From an uncultured Rhizobiaceae bacterium (lineage in GTDB: Bacteria > Pseudomonadota > Alphaproteobacteria > CADEGL01): a DNA stretch of 39,150 bases. Location: positions 1 through 39,150 of the forward strand of contig CAYZFH010000002.1 in assembly GCA_964477375.1 (NCBI GenBank), read 5' to 3'. The notes beneath the pieces are model-generated. The model had not been told where the DNA came from, did not search any database, and saw only the letters and a list, made by a program, of their open reading frames with translations. Below are positions 1-8,182 of the stretch, piece after piece (within the stretch, counting starts at the first letter, position 1; the number at the start of each line of letters is the position of its first letter). The position numbers and the translations under genes were made by a program.

Positions 1-50
1 AAGTCCGGCAGTTGGATGCCGAGCTGTTCGAGCCGCTTTTCCGCCGACAT
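1..50 (-). CDS. RidA/YjgF-family protein, first 16 codons only (gene runs off the left edge)
   Basis: The reverse complement of 1-50 reads ATG TCG GCG GAA AAG CGG CTC GAA CAG CTC GGC ATC CAA CTG CCG GAC = MSAEKRLEQLGIQLPD. This resembles the usual N-terminus of RidA-family proteins, but it is too short to be sure. Confidence 0.35.
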   Translation of the reverse strand, partial: MSAEKRLEQLGIQLPD

Positions 51-143
51 CGCGCTCTCCCCATCAAGCCTTCGCGCCGCGGGCGGAGTTTGCCGACCGC
101 TCATGCCCCTGTCCATGGCAAGAGAGTATTTGCCGCCGTCGCG

Positions 144-171
144 TTGACACGGCGCGGACCCGCCCCATAAT
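144..171 (+). promoter_or_regulatory. Candidate sigma70-type promoter for the first binding-protein gene
   Basis: TTGACA (144-149), 16-nt spacer, CATAAT (166-171). It would give a leader of about 230 nt. Sequence pattern only. Confidence 0.3.
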
Positions 172-401
172 CGCGCAGATTAAGCCGCTCGGCCAAACCG
201 GCGCGGCTGTTGTTCCAGCCGACCAATGCTTAGGCTTTCCGCCATCTCCCACCCGATCTGACACCCCATTCATGAACACGGCCTTGCGCCGGCGTCGAGC
301 GACGCCTGCGTTCGGCCGGCGGCGCCGGCTCGTCCGGCCTTGCCCGGGTCACGCGCGCCCGGTGCTGAAAGCGCTCAATGCTGTGGAGGAGTAGAACTGA
401 A

Positions 402-1661
402 ATGACACGCGTAAGTTTGTTCAAGTCGCTTGCGGCTGCGGCCGTGCTGGCGTCCGGCGCTCTCGCCGCGATGCCGTCCCATGCCGTCACCGTCGGCCCA
501 GTGGACGATCCCATCGGCGTCGTGAAGGTCGGCAAAGGCCAGCCCATCGTGATCGGCGGCTACTGGGTTCTGTCAGGCGCGGATACTTCGCTCGGTCTCG
601 ATTCCAAGCGCGCCGCGGAAGTGTATTTCAAGGAGATCGGCAACAAGATCGCCGGCCATCCGATCCGCTTCATCGTCGAAGACGACCAGTGCAACGCCGA
701 AGGCGGTCAGACCGCGGGCACGAAGCTCGCGGCTAATCAGAACATCGTCGGCGTGCTCGGCCCGGCCTGCTCCAGTGCGGCCACCGCGGCGGCGCCGATC
801 CTGTGGAAGCAGGGCATGGTCAACATCTGCAACGCCTGTTCGGCCCCGCGCCTGACGGCGGCGGACCGCGGCCCGAACTTCGACGGCTTCCTGCGCACGG
901 TCTTCAGCGATTCGGACCAGGGCAGGGGCGACGCGAAGTGGATGTACGAGGTGATGAAGTGGAAGACGGCGGCGACCGTTCATGACGGCAGCCCCTACGC
1001 CCAGCAGCTCGTGGCCGTGTTCAAGGAGAACTTCGAGAAGCTCGGCGGCAAGGTCGTCGCGTCGGAGGCCGTGGCGCCGAACGACGTCGACATGCGCCCG
1101 ATGCTGACGCGCGTCGCGGCGGCCAAGCCGGACGTCGTCTACTATCCGGTCTTCGTCGCGGCAGCCGGCCAGATCACGCGCCAGTCCAAGGAGATCTCGG
1201 GCCTCAACAGCCAGATGATCGGCGGCAGCGCGCTGATGGCCAAGGACTTCCTGACGGCGGCCGGTGAAGCCGCGGTCGGCCTGCGCATCACCTTCGCCGA
1301 TGTGTCGAAGGAAGCGTTGGGCAAGGAGTATCCCAACATGGTCAAGAACTACCGCGAGATGTTCGGCGAGGACCCGATCCAGGGCTTCCACGCGCAGGGC
1401 TACGACGCGGCACGGCTCTTGGTCATGGGCATCGAGAAGGTCGCCGTGAAGGACAAGGACGGCAACCTCTATATCGGCCGCAAGGCGTTGCGCGATGCGC
1501 TGTTCTCCATGCCGCGCTTCGAGGGCGTCTCGGGTCCGATCAAGTGCAACGAGTTCGGTCAGTGCGGCGAGTTCAAGTTCGCCGTCTACCAGTTCACCAA
1601 CAAGGACCCGGCCAGCTTCGAGCCCGGCAAGAACCCGAAGAAGATCTATCCCGCGCAGTAA
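402..1661 (+). CDS. Branched-chain-amino-acid-type (LivJ/LivK, Peripla_BP_6) ABC substrate-binding protein, paralog 1
   Basis: ORF 378-1661. I prefer the ATG at 402, which follows GGAGGAG. There is a signal peptide ending AMPSHA|VTVGP. Family-typical blocks include GQTAGTKLAANQNIVGVLGPACSSA and IQGFHAQGYDA. Confidence 0.9.
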   Translation: MTRVSLFKSLAAAAVLASGALAAMPSHAVTVGPVDDPIGVVKVGKGQPIVIGGYWVLSGADTSLGLDSKRAAEVYFKEIGNKIAGHPIRFIVEDDQCNAEGGQTAGTKLAANQNIVGVLGPACSSAATAAAPILWKQGMVNICNACSAPRLTAADRGPNFDGFLRTVFSDSDQGRGDAKWMYEVMKWKTAATVHDGSPYAQQLVAVFKENFEKLGGKVVASEAVAPNDVDMRPMLTRVAAAKPDVVYYPVFVAAAGQITRQSKEISGLNSQMIGGSALMAKDFLTAAGEAAVGLRITFADVSKEALGKEYPNMVKNYREMFGEDPIQGFHAQGYDAARLLVMGIEKVAVKDKDGNLYIGRKALRDALFSMPRFEGVSGPIKCNEFGQCGEFKFAVYQFTNKDPASFEPGKNPKKIYPAQ

Positions 1662-1690
1662 AAACGGGCGGATTTGCATTGTTGATGGAA

Positions 1691-1717
1691 GGGGCGCCGA
1701 AGGGCGCCCCTTTTTTT
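1691..1717 (+). terminator. Rho-independent terminator after paralog 1
   Basis: GGGGCGCC-GAAG-GGCGCCCC hairpin (1691-1710) followed by TTTTTTT (1711-1717). Confidence 0.8.
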
Positions 1718-1888
1718 ACGCCGCGTCTCCCTCGCCACGCGCGGCGGATTCATGGCAAGCTTTTCGAAGTCCGTAGCCCTTCGCATCGCGTTTCCGAACC
1801 AGGCTGAGGATTCAACACGCGCCCCGACGATACGGGGCGTCACTGGGAGAGTGCGGTCCTTTCGGCCGCACCGACAAACGAGGAGTGA

Positions 1889-3151
1889 ATGATGCAACGA
1901 GTAAAATTCGCCAACTGGCTGGCGGCCGCGTCCATCCTGGGCGCCGGCGCGTTGGCCGCGACGCCCGCGCTTGCGGTCAAGGTCGGTCCGGTCGACGATC
2001 CGCTGGGTGTCGTCAAGATCAACAAGGGCCAGCCGATCACGATCGGCGGCTATTGGGTCATGTCCGGCGCGGACACCGCGCTCGGTCTCGATTCGAAGCG
2101 TGCGGCCGAAGTGTACTTCACCCAGATCGGCAACAAGCTGGCGGGTCACCCGATCCGCTTCGTGGTCGAGGACGACGGCTGCAACGCCGAAGGCGGCCAG
2201 ACGGCCGGCACCAAGCTCGCCGCGAACCAGAACATCGTCGGCGTGCTCGGCCCGGCTTGCTCCAGCGCGGCCACGGCGGCGGCGCCCATCCTGTGGAAGC
2301 AGGGCATGGTCAACATCGGCACGGCGTCTTCCGCGCCGCGTCTGACGGCGGCCGATCGCGGCCCGAACTTCGACGGCTTCGCCCGCACGATCTTCAGCGA
2401 CGCCGAGCAGGCCAAGGGCGACACGAATTGGATGTACAACGTCAACAAGTGGAAGACGGCGGCAACCATCCATGACGGCAGCCCGTACGCTCAGCAACTC
2501 GTGGCTGAGTTCAAGATGAACTACGAGAAAGCCGGCGGCAAAGTCGTCGCGGCCGAAGCCATCTCGCCGACCGATGTCGATATGCGTCCGGTGCTGACGC
2601 GCATCGCCACGGCGAAGCCGGACGTCGTCTACTATCCGGTGTTCGTCGCGGCGGGCGGCCAGATTACCCGCCAGGCGAAAGAGACGGCGGGTCTGACCAA
2701 GAACCTGATCGGCGGCGGCTCGATGATGACCAAGGACATCATCACGGCTTCCGGCGATGCGGCGAAGGGCTTCCGCATCACCTTCCCGGACGTTTCCAAG
2801 GAAGCCATGGGTAAGGATTATCCGAAGCTCGTCGAGTCCTATAAGAAGCAGTTCGGCGAAGAGCCCATCCAGGGCTTCCACGCCCAGGCCTATGACGCAG
2901 CCAAGCTGCTGTCGATGGCGATCGAGAAGGTCGCGGTCACGGACAAGGACGGCAACACCTACATCGGCCGCAAGGCCCTTCGCGACGCGGTGTTCAACGC
3001 CCCCGAGTTCGAAGGCATGAGCGGTCCGATCAAGTGCGACGCGAACGGCCAGTGCGGCAAGTTCAAGTTCGCTGCTTACGAGTTCGTCAATGCCGACGCC
3101 TCGACGTTCGAGATCGGCAAGAATCCTAAGAAGATTTTCCCGACCCAATAA
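1889..3151 (+). CDS. LivJ/LivK-type ABC substrate-binding protein, paralog 2
   Basis: 420-aa ORF with GAGGAG just upstream of the ATG. Signal peptide ends ATPALA|VKVGP. Collinear with paralog 1 over its full length. Confidence 0.9.
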   Translation: MMQRVKFANWLAAASILGAGALAATPALAVKVGPVDDPLGVVKINKGQPITIGGYWVMSGADTALGLDSKRAAEVYFTQIGNKLAGHPIRFVVEDDGCNAEGGQTAGTKLAANQNIVGVLGPACSSAATAAAPILWKQGMVNIGTASSAPRLTAADRGPNFDGFARTIFSDAEQAKGDTNWMYNVNKWKTAATIHDGSPYAQQLVAEFKMNYEKAGGKVVAAEAISPTDVDMRPVLTRIATAKPDVVYYPVFVAAGGQITRQAKETAGLTKNLIGGGSMMTKDIITASGDAAKGFRITFPDVSKEAMGKDYPKLVESYKKQFGEEPIQGFHAQAYDAAKLLSMAIEKVAVTDKDGNTYIGRKALRDAVFNAPEFEGMSGPIKCDANGQCGKFKFAAYEFVNADASTFEIGKNPKKIFPTQ

Positions 3152-3178
3152 CGCCGGGTGTCTTTGTTGCACTGCGAA

Positions 3179-3203
3179 GGGGCGCCGCGAGGCGCCCCTT
3201 TTT
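3179..3203 (+). terminator. Rho-independent terminator after paralog 2
   Basis: GGGGCGCC-GCGA-GGCGCCCC hairpin (3179-3198) followed by TTTTT. Confidence 0.8.
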
Positions 3204-3502
3204 CTTTCTATTCATGGATTTAATGTTGGTGGTGCGGACACGGCGCCTCGCATTGCGGGAAAGCGGCGCGGCGGCATTGTGGCCAAAGATGCCTTCGCGC
3301 GAACACGAATCGCGGGCTCACTTGACCCTGCAACCCTCGCCAGAGCGCAAGGACTCGTGGCATGTTTCGCGAACCACGGCCGACAAAGCGATCATCACAA
3401 AAAAGCGATCGGGCTGGGGGGAGCAGAGGCGCCGGCCGAATTACCGGCGTTACCGGGAGAGCGTGGCCCCTTAGCTGCGCGAATGAGTTGAGGAGTGGTT
3501 CA

Positions 3503-4759
3503 ATGCAGAAAACCAAGCTCGTGAATTGGCTGGCCGCTGCGTCCATTCTCGGTGTCGGAGCCCTAGCCTCCGCGCCCGCCATGGCCGTCAAGGTCGGACC
3601 GGTCGACGACCCGCTCGGCGTGGTCAAGATCAACAAAGGTCAGCCGATCACCATCGGCGCGTATTACGTCATTTCGGGCCCTGATACGGCGCTCGGTCTC
3701 GATTCCAAGCGCGCGGAAGAAGTCTATTTCAAGCAGATCGGCAACCAGATCGCCGGTCACCCGATCCGCTTCATCGTGGAAGACGACGGCTGCAACGCCG
3801 AAGGCGGCCAGACGGCCGGTACGAAGCTGGCGGCCAATCAGCAGATCGTCGGTGTGTTGGGTGGCGCATGCTCAAGCGCGACCACGGCGGCCGCGCCGAT
3901 CCTGTGGAAGCAGGGCATGGTCAACATATGCACGGCCTGCACCGCGCCGCGACTGACGGCGGCCGATCGCAGCGCCGACTTTGCCGGCTTCGCCCGCACG
4001 ATCTACAGCGATGCTGAGCAAGCCAAGGGCGATGCCAACTGGATGTTCAACGTGATGCAGTGGAAGACCGCTGCGACCATCCATGACGGCAGCCCGTACG
4101 CTCAGCAGCTCGTGGCCGAGTTCAAGACCAACTTCGAAAAGGTCGGCGGCAAGCTCGTCGCGGCGGAAGCTGTGTCGCCCACCGATGTCGACATGCGGCC
4201 GGTGCTGACGCGCGTCGCGGCGGCGAAGCCGGATGTTGTCTACTATCCGGTGTTCGTGGCGGCGGGCGGTCACATCACCCGCCAGGCCGGTGAAACCGCG
4301 GGCCTGACCAAGAACCTGATCGGCGGCGGCTCGATGATGACGAAAGACATCATCACGGCGTCCGGCGCGGCGGCCAAGGGCTTCCGCATCACCTTCCCGG
4401 ACGTTTCCAAGGAAGCCATGGGTAAGGACTATCCGAAGCTGGTGGCCGAATATAAGGCGATGTTCGGTGAAGCGCCGATCCAGGGCTTCCACGCCCAGGC
4501 CTATGACGGCGCCAAGCTCCTCACGATGGCAATCGAGAAAGTCGCCGTGAAGGACAAGGACGGCAACACCTACATCGGCCGCAAGGCGCTGCGCGACGCG
4601 GTGTTCAACATGCCCGAGTTCGAAGGCATGAGCGGTCCGATCAAGTGCGACGCGAACGGCCAGTGCGGCAAGTTCAAGTTCGCTGCTTACGAGTTCACCA
4701 ATGCGGACGCTTCCACGTTCGACATCGGCGTGAACCCGAAGAAAATCTATCCGAAATAA
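3503..4759 (+). CDS. LivJ/LivK-type ABC substrate-binding protein, paralog 3
   Basis: ORF 3362-4759. I chose the internal ATG at 3503 (MQKTKLVNWLAAASILG) because it follows GAGGAG, gives a normal signal peptide (SAPAMA|VKVGP) and matches the lengths of the other paralogs. Confidence 0.9.
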   Translation: MQKTKLVNWLAAASILGVGALASAPAMAVKVGPVDDPLGVVKINKGQPITIGAYYVISGPDTALGLDSKRAEEVYFKQIGNQIAGHPIRFIVEDDGCNAEGGQTAGTKLAANQQIVGVLGGACSSATTAAAPILWKQGMVNICTACTAPRLTAADRSADFAGFARTIYSDAEQAKGDANWMFNVMQWKTAATIHDGSPYAQQLVAEFKTNFEKVGGKLVAAEAVSPTDVDMRPVLTRVAAAKPDVVYYPVFVAAGGHITRQAGETAGLTKNLIGGGSMMTKDIITASGAAAKGFRITFPDVSKEAMGKDYPKLVAEYKAMFGEAPIQGFHAQAYDGAKLLTMAIEKVAVKDKDGNTYIGRKALRDAVFNMPEFEGMSGPIKCDANGQCGKFKFAAYEFTNADASTFDIGVNPKKIYPK

Positions 4760-4783
4760 CCAAAACGTAACTTGACTACGAAA

Positions 4784-4808
4784 GGGGCGCTGAAAGGCGC
4801 CCCTTTTT
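4784..4808 (+). terminator. Rho-independent terminator after paralog 3
   Basis: GGGGCGC-TGAAAG-GCGCCCC hairpin (4784-4803) followed by TTTTT. Confidence 0.8.
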
Positions 4809-5004
4809 GTTTGTTGTTCGATTTCGCGCGAGGCCTGGGCATCTGGCTACGACCGGATGATTCATGGGAGGATTTACTCGCGTCCCTCGATGCCCCGATG
4901 AAGGTGATCGGGCGAAGGGTTGGCGCGAGCGCGGTTTCCGAGGGGGATGCCGCGTTGCTGGGGAGCACGGCCCTTAGCCGCGCGAACACTTGAGGGGTGG
5001 TAAA

Positions 5005-6264
5005 ATGCAGAAAGCGAAGCTTCTAAGTTGGCTTGCGGTTGCGGCCATTCTTGGCGTCGGCGCGATCACTTCGACGCCTGCGCATGCCGTCAAGGTTGGA
5101 CCGGTCGATGACCCGCTCGGCGTCGTCAAGATCGCCAAGGGGCAGCCGATCGTCGTCGGCGGTTATTGGGTTCTCTCGGGCGCCGATACGGCGCTTGGCT
5201 TGGATTCCAAGCGCGCTGTCGAAGTGTATTTCCAGCAGGTCAAGAACCAGTTGGTCGGGCATCCGATCAAGTTCACGGTCGAGGACGATCTCTGCAGCGC
5301 AGAGGGCGGCCAGACCGCGGGAACGAAGCTGGCGGCCAACCAGCAGATCGTCGCCGTGCTTGGCGGCGCATGTTCGTCTGCGGCGACGGCGGCAGCCCCA
5401 ATTCTGTGGAAGCAAGGCATCGTCAACGTCTGCACGGGTTGCACGGCGCCCCGTTTGACGGCGGCGGATCGTGGCCCGAGCTTCGATGGCTTCGCGCGTA
5501 CGATCTACAGCGATGCCGAACAGGCCAAGGGCGATGCCAAGTGGATGTATGACGTGCAGAAGTGGAAGACGGCTGCCACCATTCATGACGGCAGCCCGTA
5601 CTCCCAGCAGCTTGCTGCCGCTTTCAAGACGGAATTTGAGAAGAAGGGCGGCAAAGTAGTCGCGTCGGAAGCCGTTTCTCCAACCGACGTCGACATGCGG
5701 CCCGTACTGACCAAGATCGCGACCGCGAAGCCTGATGTTCTCTATTACCCGACGTTCATTGCCGCCGCCGGTCATATCACCCGGCAAGCGAAGGAGACCG
5801 CCGGGTTGACCAAAGAGATCATCGGCGGCGGTTCGTTGATGGCCAAGGACATGGTGACGGCGGCCGGCGATGCCGTCGTCGGATTCCGGATCACCTTCCC
5901 TGACGTCTCGAAAGATGCGTTGGGCAAGGATTATCCGAAGCTGGTGGCCGAATATAAGAAGATGTTCGGCGAAGAGCCGATCCAGGGTTTCCACGCCCAG
6001 GCTTACGATGCTGGGCGCCTGCTCGATATCGCTCTTCAGAAGGTTGCCGTGACGGACAAGGACGGCAACACGTATATCGGCCGCAAGGCGCTGCGGGATG
6101 CAATCTTCGACGCGCCGAAGTTTGATGGCATGAGTGGGCCGATCAAGTGCGATCAGAACGGCAACTGCGGCGAGTTCAAATTCGCCGTCTATCAGTTCAC
6201 CAGTGGCGATGCGAGTACGTTCGACATTGGGAAGAATCCGAAAAAGGTCTATCCGTCGAACTAA
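5005..6264 (+). CDS. LivJ/LivK-type ABC substrate-binding protein, paralog 4
   Basis: ORF 4990-6264 opens on a TTG. I prefer the ATG at 5005 (MQKAKLLSWLAVAAILG) after GAGGGGTGG. Signal peptide ends STPAHA|VKVGP. Confidence 0.9.
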   Translation: MQKAKLLSWLAVAAILGVGAITSTPAHAVKVGPVDDPLGVVKIAKGQPIVVGGYWVLSGADTALGLDSKRAVEVYFQQVKNQLVGHPIKFTVEDDLCSAEGGQTAGTKLAANQQIVAVLGGACSSAATAAAPILWKQGIVNVCTGCTAPRLTAADRGPSFDGFARTIYSDAEQAKGDAKWMYDVQKWKTAATIHDGSPYSQQLAAAFKTEFEKKGGKVVASEAVSPTDVDMRPVLTKIATAKPDVLYYPTFIAAAGHITRQAKETAGLTKEIIGGGSLMAKDMVTAAGDAVVGFRITFPDVSKDALGKDYPKLVAEYKKMFGEEPIQGFHAQAYDAGRLLDIALQKVAVTDKDGNTYIGRKALRDAIFDAPKFDGMSGPIKCDQNGNCGEFKFAVYQFTSGDASTFDIGKNPKKVYPSN

Positions 6265-6295
6265 CCGCGGGCGACCTTCGAGAGCCTTGAGGGAA

Positions 6296-6325
6296 GGGGG
6301 CGCCTAACGGCGCCCCCTTACTTTT
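6296..6325 (+). terminator. Probable terminator after paralog 4
   Basis: GGGGGCGCC-TAAC-GGCGCCCCC hairpin (6296-6317) followed by an interrupted T tract, TTACTTTT. Confidence 0.65.
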
Positions 6326-6438
6326 CCAGAAACACGATGAGCTACAGCGTGCGATGCGGGAAAGTTATGTGCATGTGCGTCATGACTGTTTCTCCAATCC
6401 GAACACCGAGATTCGAAAGGACTTTCTGGTCCAAGGCG

Positions 6439-6468
6439 TTGACAACCAAACCACCGAATGCGTAGCCT
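6439..6468 (+). promoter_or_regulatory. Candidate sigma70-type promoter for paralog 5 / livHMGF
   Basis: TTGACA (6439-6444), 18-nt spacer, TAGCCT (6463-6468). The -10 is weak. It would give a leader of about 340 nt. Confidence 0.25.
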
Positions 6469-6808
6469 CCCTGCAACAAGATCCTGGGACGGAATTCCGT
6501 TCACCAGGGCGGGGTACAGGGGCGGCAGTACGCCGTTGCGTTCAAGGAGGTAGCCACCTCACGGGGGAACGTCCGGCATAGGTTCGGGTCCGATTTTTCG
6601 GAGCCGTTTGGTCGGCGCTCTTTTGCCATCGAAGATGATGAATGGTTCCAGCATCCGCTCACCGGCGGTGAAGAGCCGATCCCACCTTCGATAGACATTT
6701 GCCCTCAGGTGGACCAAGCCTCCGGCGCGTATCTCGCAGCAGGTCGGTAACCGACGTGCCCGTCCGGGCATGTCGGGGCGTCTGGTTCAAGATGGAGGTT
6801 CGCGAATA

Positions 6809-8074
6809 ATGAAACCGTCATTCTTTTTGAAGTCGCTTGCCGCGGCGTCGATCGTCGCGGTTGGCGCATTGGCCTCATCGGCCGCATGGGCCGTCAAGGT
6901 CGGTCCGGTTGAAGACCCGATCCGCGTTGTGAAGATTCCGAAGGGTGCGCCGATCGTCATCGCCACCTATCACGTGATTTCCGGCGCCGACACGGCGCTG
7001 GGTCTCGACACCCAGCGCGGTGCGGTCGTGGCGGCCGATGACCTCGGCAACCAGTTGGTCGGCCATCCGATCAAGTTCATGCACGAAGACGATGGTTGCA
7101 ACGCGGAAGGCGGCCAGACGGCGGCCACGAAGATCGCGGCGAACCAGCAGGTTGTCGTGGCTCTCGGCGGTGCGTGCTCCAGCGCGACCCGTCCGGCGGC
7201 GCCGATCCTGTGGAAGGCCGGTATCCCGGACGTCGCCACGGCGGCCAGCTCGCCCGTGCTGACGGCTCCGGATCGCGGTCCGTCCTATGACGGTCTCGTC
7301 CGCATCGTCTACAACGACCTTTGGGCCGGCCGCGAAGTGGCCAACTGGGCTTACAAGGTCCGCGGCTACAAGAAGGCTGCCACGATCCACGACGGCAGCC
7401 CATACGCCGAGAAGCTCGTCCGCGTCTTCCAGGAAAACTTCAAGAAGCTGGGCGGCGAGATTGTGTCCGACGAAGCCGTGGCCCCCAACGACACCGACAT
7501 GCGTCCGGTGCTCACGAAGATCGCCACGTCCAAGCCGGACTTCATCTATGCCCCGACCTTCGTCGGCGTGACCTCCTATCTGATCCGTCAGAAGAAGGAA
7601 GTGCCGGGCCTGGAGAAGGTGGCTTTGATCGGCTCCGATGCCTCGATGGGCGCGCAGCTCATGGAAGCCTCGGGCAAGGACCTCCTCGGTTTCGAGATCT
7701 CGACCACGGAGAAGGAGCCCGAGGCCCAGGGCCCCGGCTACAAAGCCATGCGTGAGAAGTACAAGAAGCTGTTCGGCGAGTACCCGATCCAGGGTTTCCA
7801 CGGCAACGGCTACGACGCGATGATGCTGGCCGCCAACGCCATCAAGAAGGTGGCGGTGACGGAGAAGGACGGGACCACCTACATCCCGATCAAGGCGCTC
7901 CGCGATGCCATGTTCGCGACGAAGAACATGCAGGGCGTGACCGGCAAGATCACGTGCGACCAGTACGGCGACTGCGGCGTGTACAACTTCGCCATCTACC
8001 AGTACACGAACCCGGATCCGAAGACCTTGGAGCCCGGCAAGAATCCGAAGCGCATCTATCCTGACAAGTTCTAA
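6809..8074 (+). CDS. LivJ/LivK-type ABC substrate-binding protein, paralog 5 (most divergent, adjacent to livH)
   Basis: ORF 6770-8074. I prefer the ATG at 6809 (MKPSFFLKSLAAAS) after GGAGG. Signal peptide ends SSAAWA|VKVGP. It shares the four conserved Cys and the IQGFH block with paralogs 1-4, but many positions differ. Confidence 0.9.
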   Translation: MKPSFFLKSLAAASIVAVGALASSAAWAVKVGPVEDPIRVVKIPKGAPIVIATYHVISGADTALGLDTQRGAVVAADDLGNQLVGHPIKFMHEDDGCNAEGGQTAATKIAANQQVVVALGGACSSATRPAAPILWKAGIPDVATAASSPVLTAPDRGPSYDGLVRIVYNDLWAGREVANWAYKVRGYKKAATIHDGSPYAEKLVRVFQENFKKLGGEIVSDEAVAPNDTDMRPVLTKIATSKPDFIYAPTFVGVTSYLIRQKKEVPGLEKVALIGSDASMGAQLMEASGKDLLGFEISTTEKEPEAQGPGYKAMREKYKKLFGEYPIQGFHGNGYDAMMLAANAIKKVAVTEKDGTTYIPIKALRDAMFATKNMQGVTGKITCDQYGDCGVYNFAIYQYTNPDPKTLEPGKNPKRIYPDKF

Positions 8075-8088
8075 GACTGATATGAAAA

Positions 8089-8130
8089 CCGGGAGATAGG
8101 TTAAAACCTATCTCCCGGCTCTTCTTAACT
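8089..8130 (+). terminator. Hairpin after paralog 5 (terminator or intra-operon attenuator)
   Basis: CCGGGAGATAGGT-TAAA-ACCTATCTCCCGG 13-bp stem (8089-8118) followed by the T-rich run CTCTTCTTAACTT. It is not homologous to the four GGGGCGCC-type terminators. Confidence 0.5.
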
Positions 8131-8182
8131 TGATCCATCTGGCAGATCTTCTTTCGTTCGATTTCCCCGCGGGGCGCAGGAC

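Noticed and set aside
1748-1765. Sigma-54 promoter reading of the ATTCATGG sites (TGGCA-N6-TTCGA at 1753, TGGAT-N6-GTTGG at 3215)
   Set aside because: The -12 GC element is missing or mis-spaced in every copy, and the paralog 4 and paralog 1 copies do not fit at all. This is not enough to call RpoN promoters.
6470-6640. Possible known riboswitch in the long leader of paralog 5
   Set aside because: I compared it by eye with the core motifs I remember for the glycine, guanidine-I (ykkC), ZTP, cobalamin, SAM-II and TPP classes and found no convincing match. It is kept only as an unclassified structured leader in the findings.
573-7801. Long minus-strand ORFs (573-1679, 1646-3172, 3872-4492, 5023-5994, 6875-7801) antisense to each binding-protein gene
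   Set aside because: They recur only because the sense genes are paralogs. Their sequences are Arg/Asp/Leu/Gly-rich shadows without starts backed by an RBS or any family motifs.
402-8074. Regular repeat with a period of about 1.5 kb; considered as a CRISPR-like or satellite array
   Set aside because: The repeat unit is a full protein-coding gene plus its terminator. There are no short direct repeats with unique spacers anywhere in the window.
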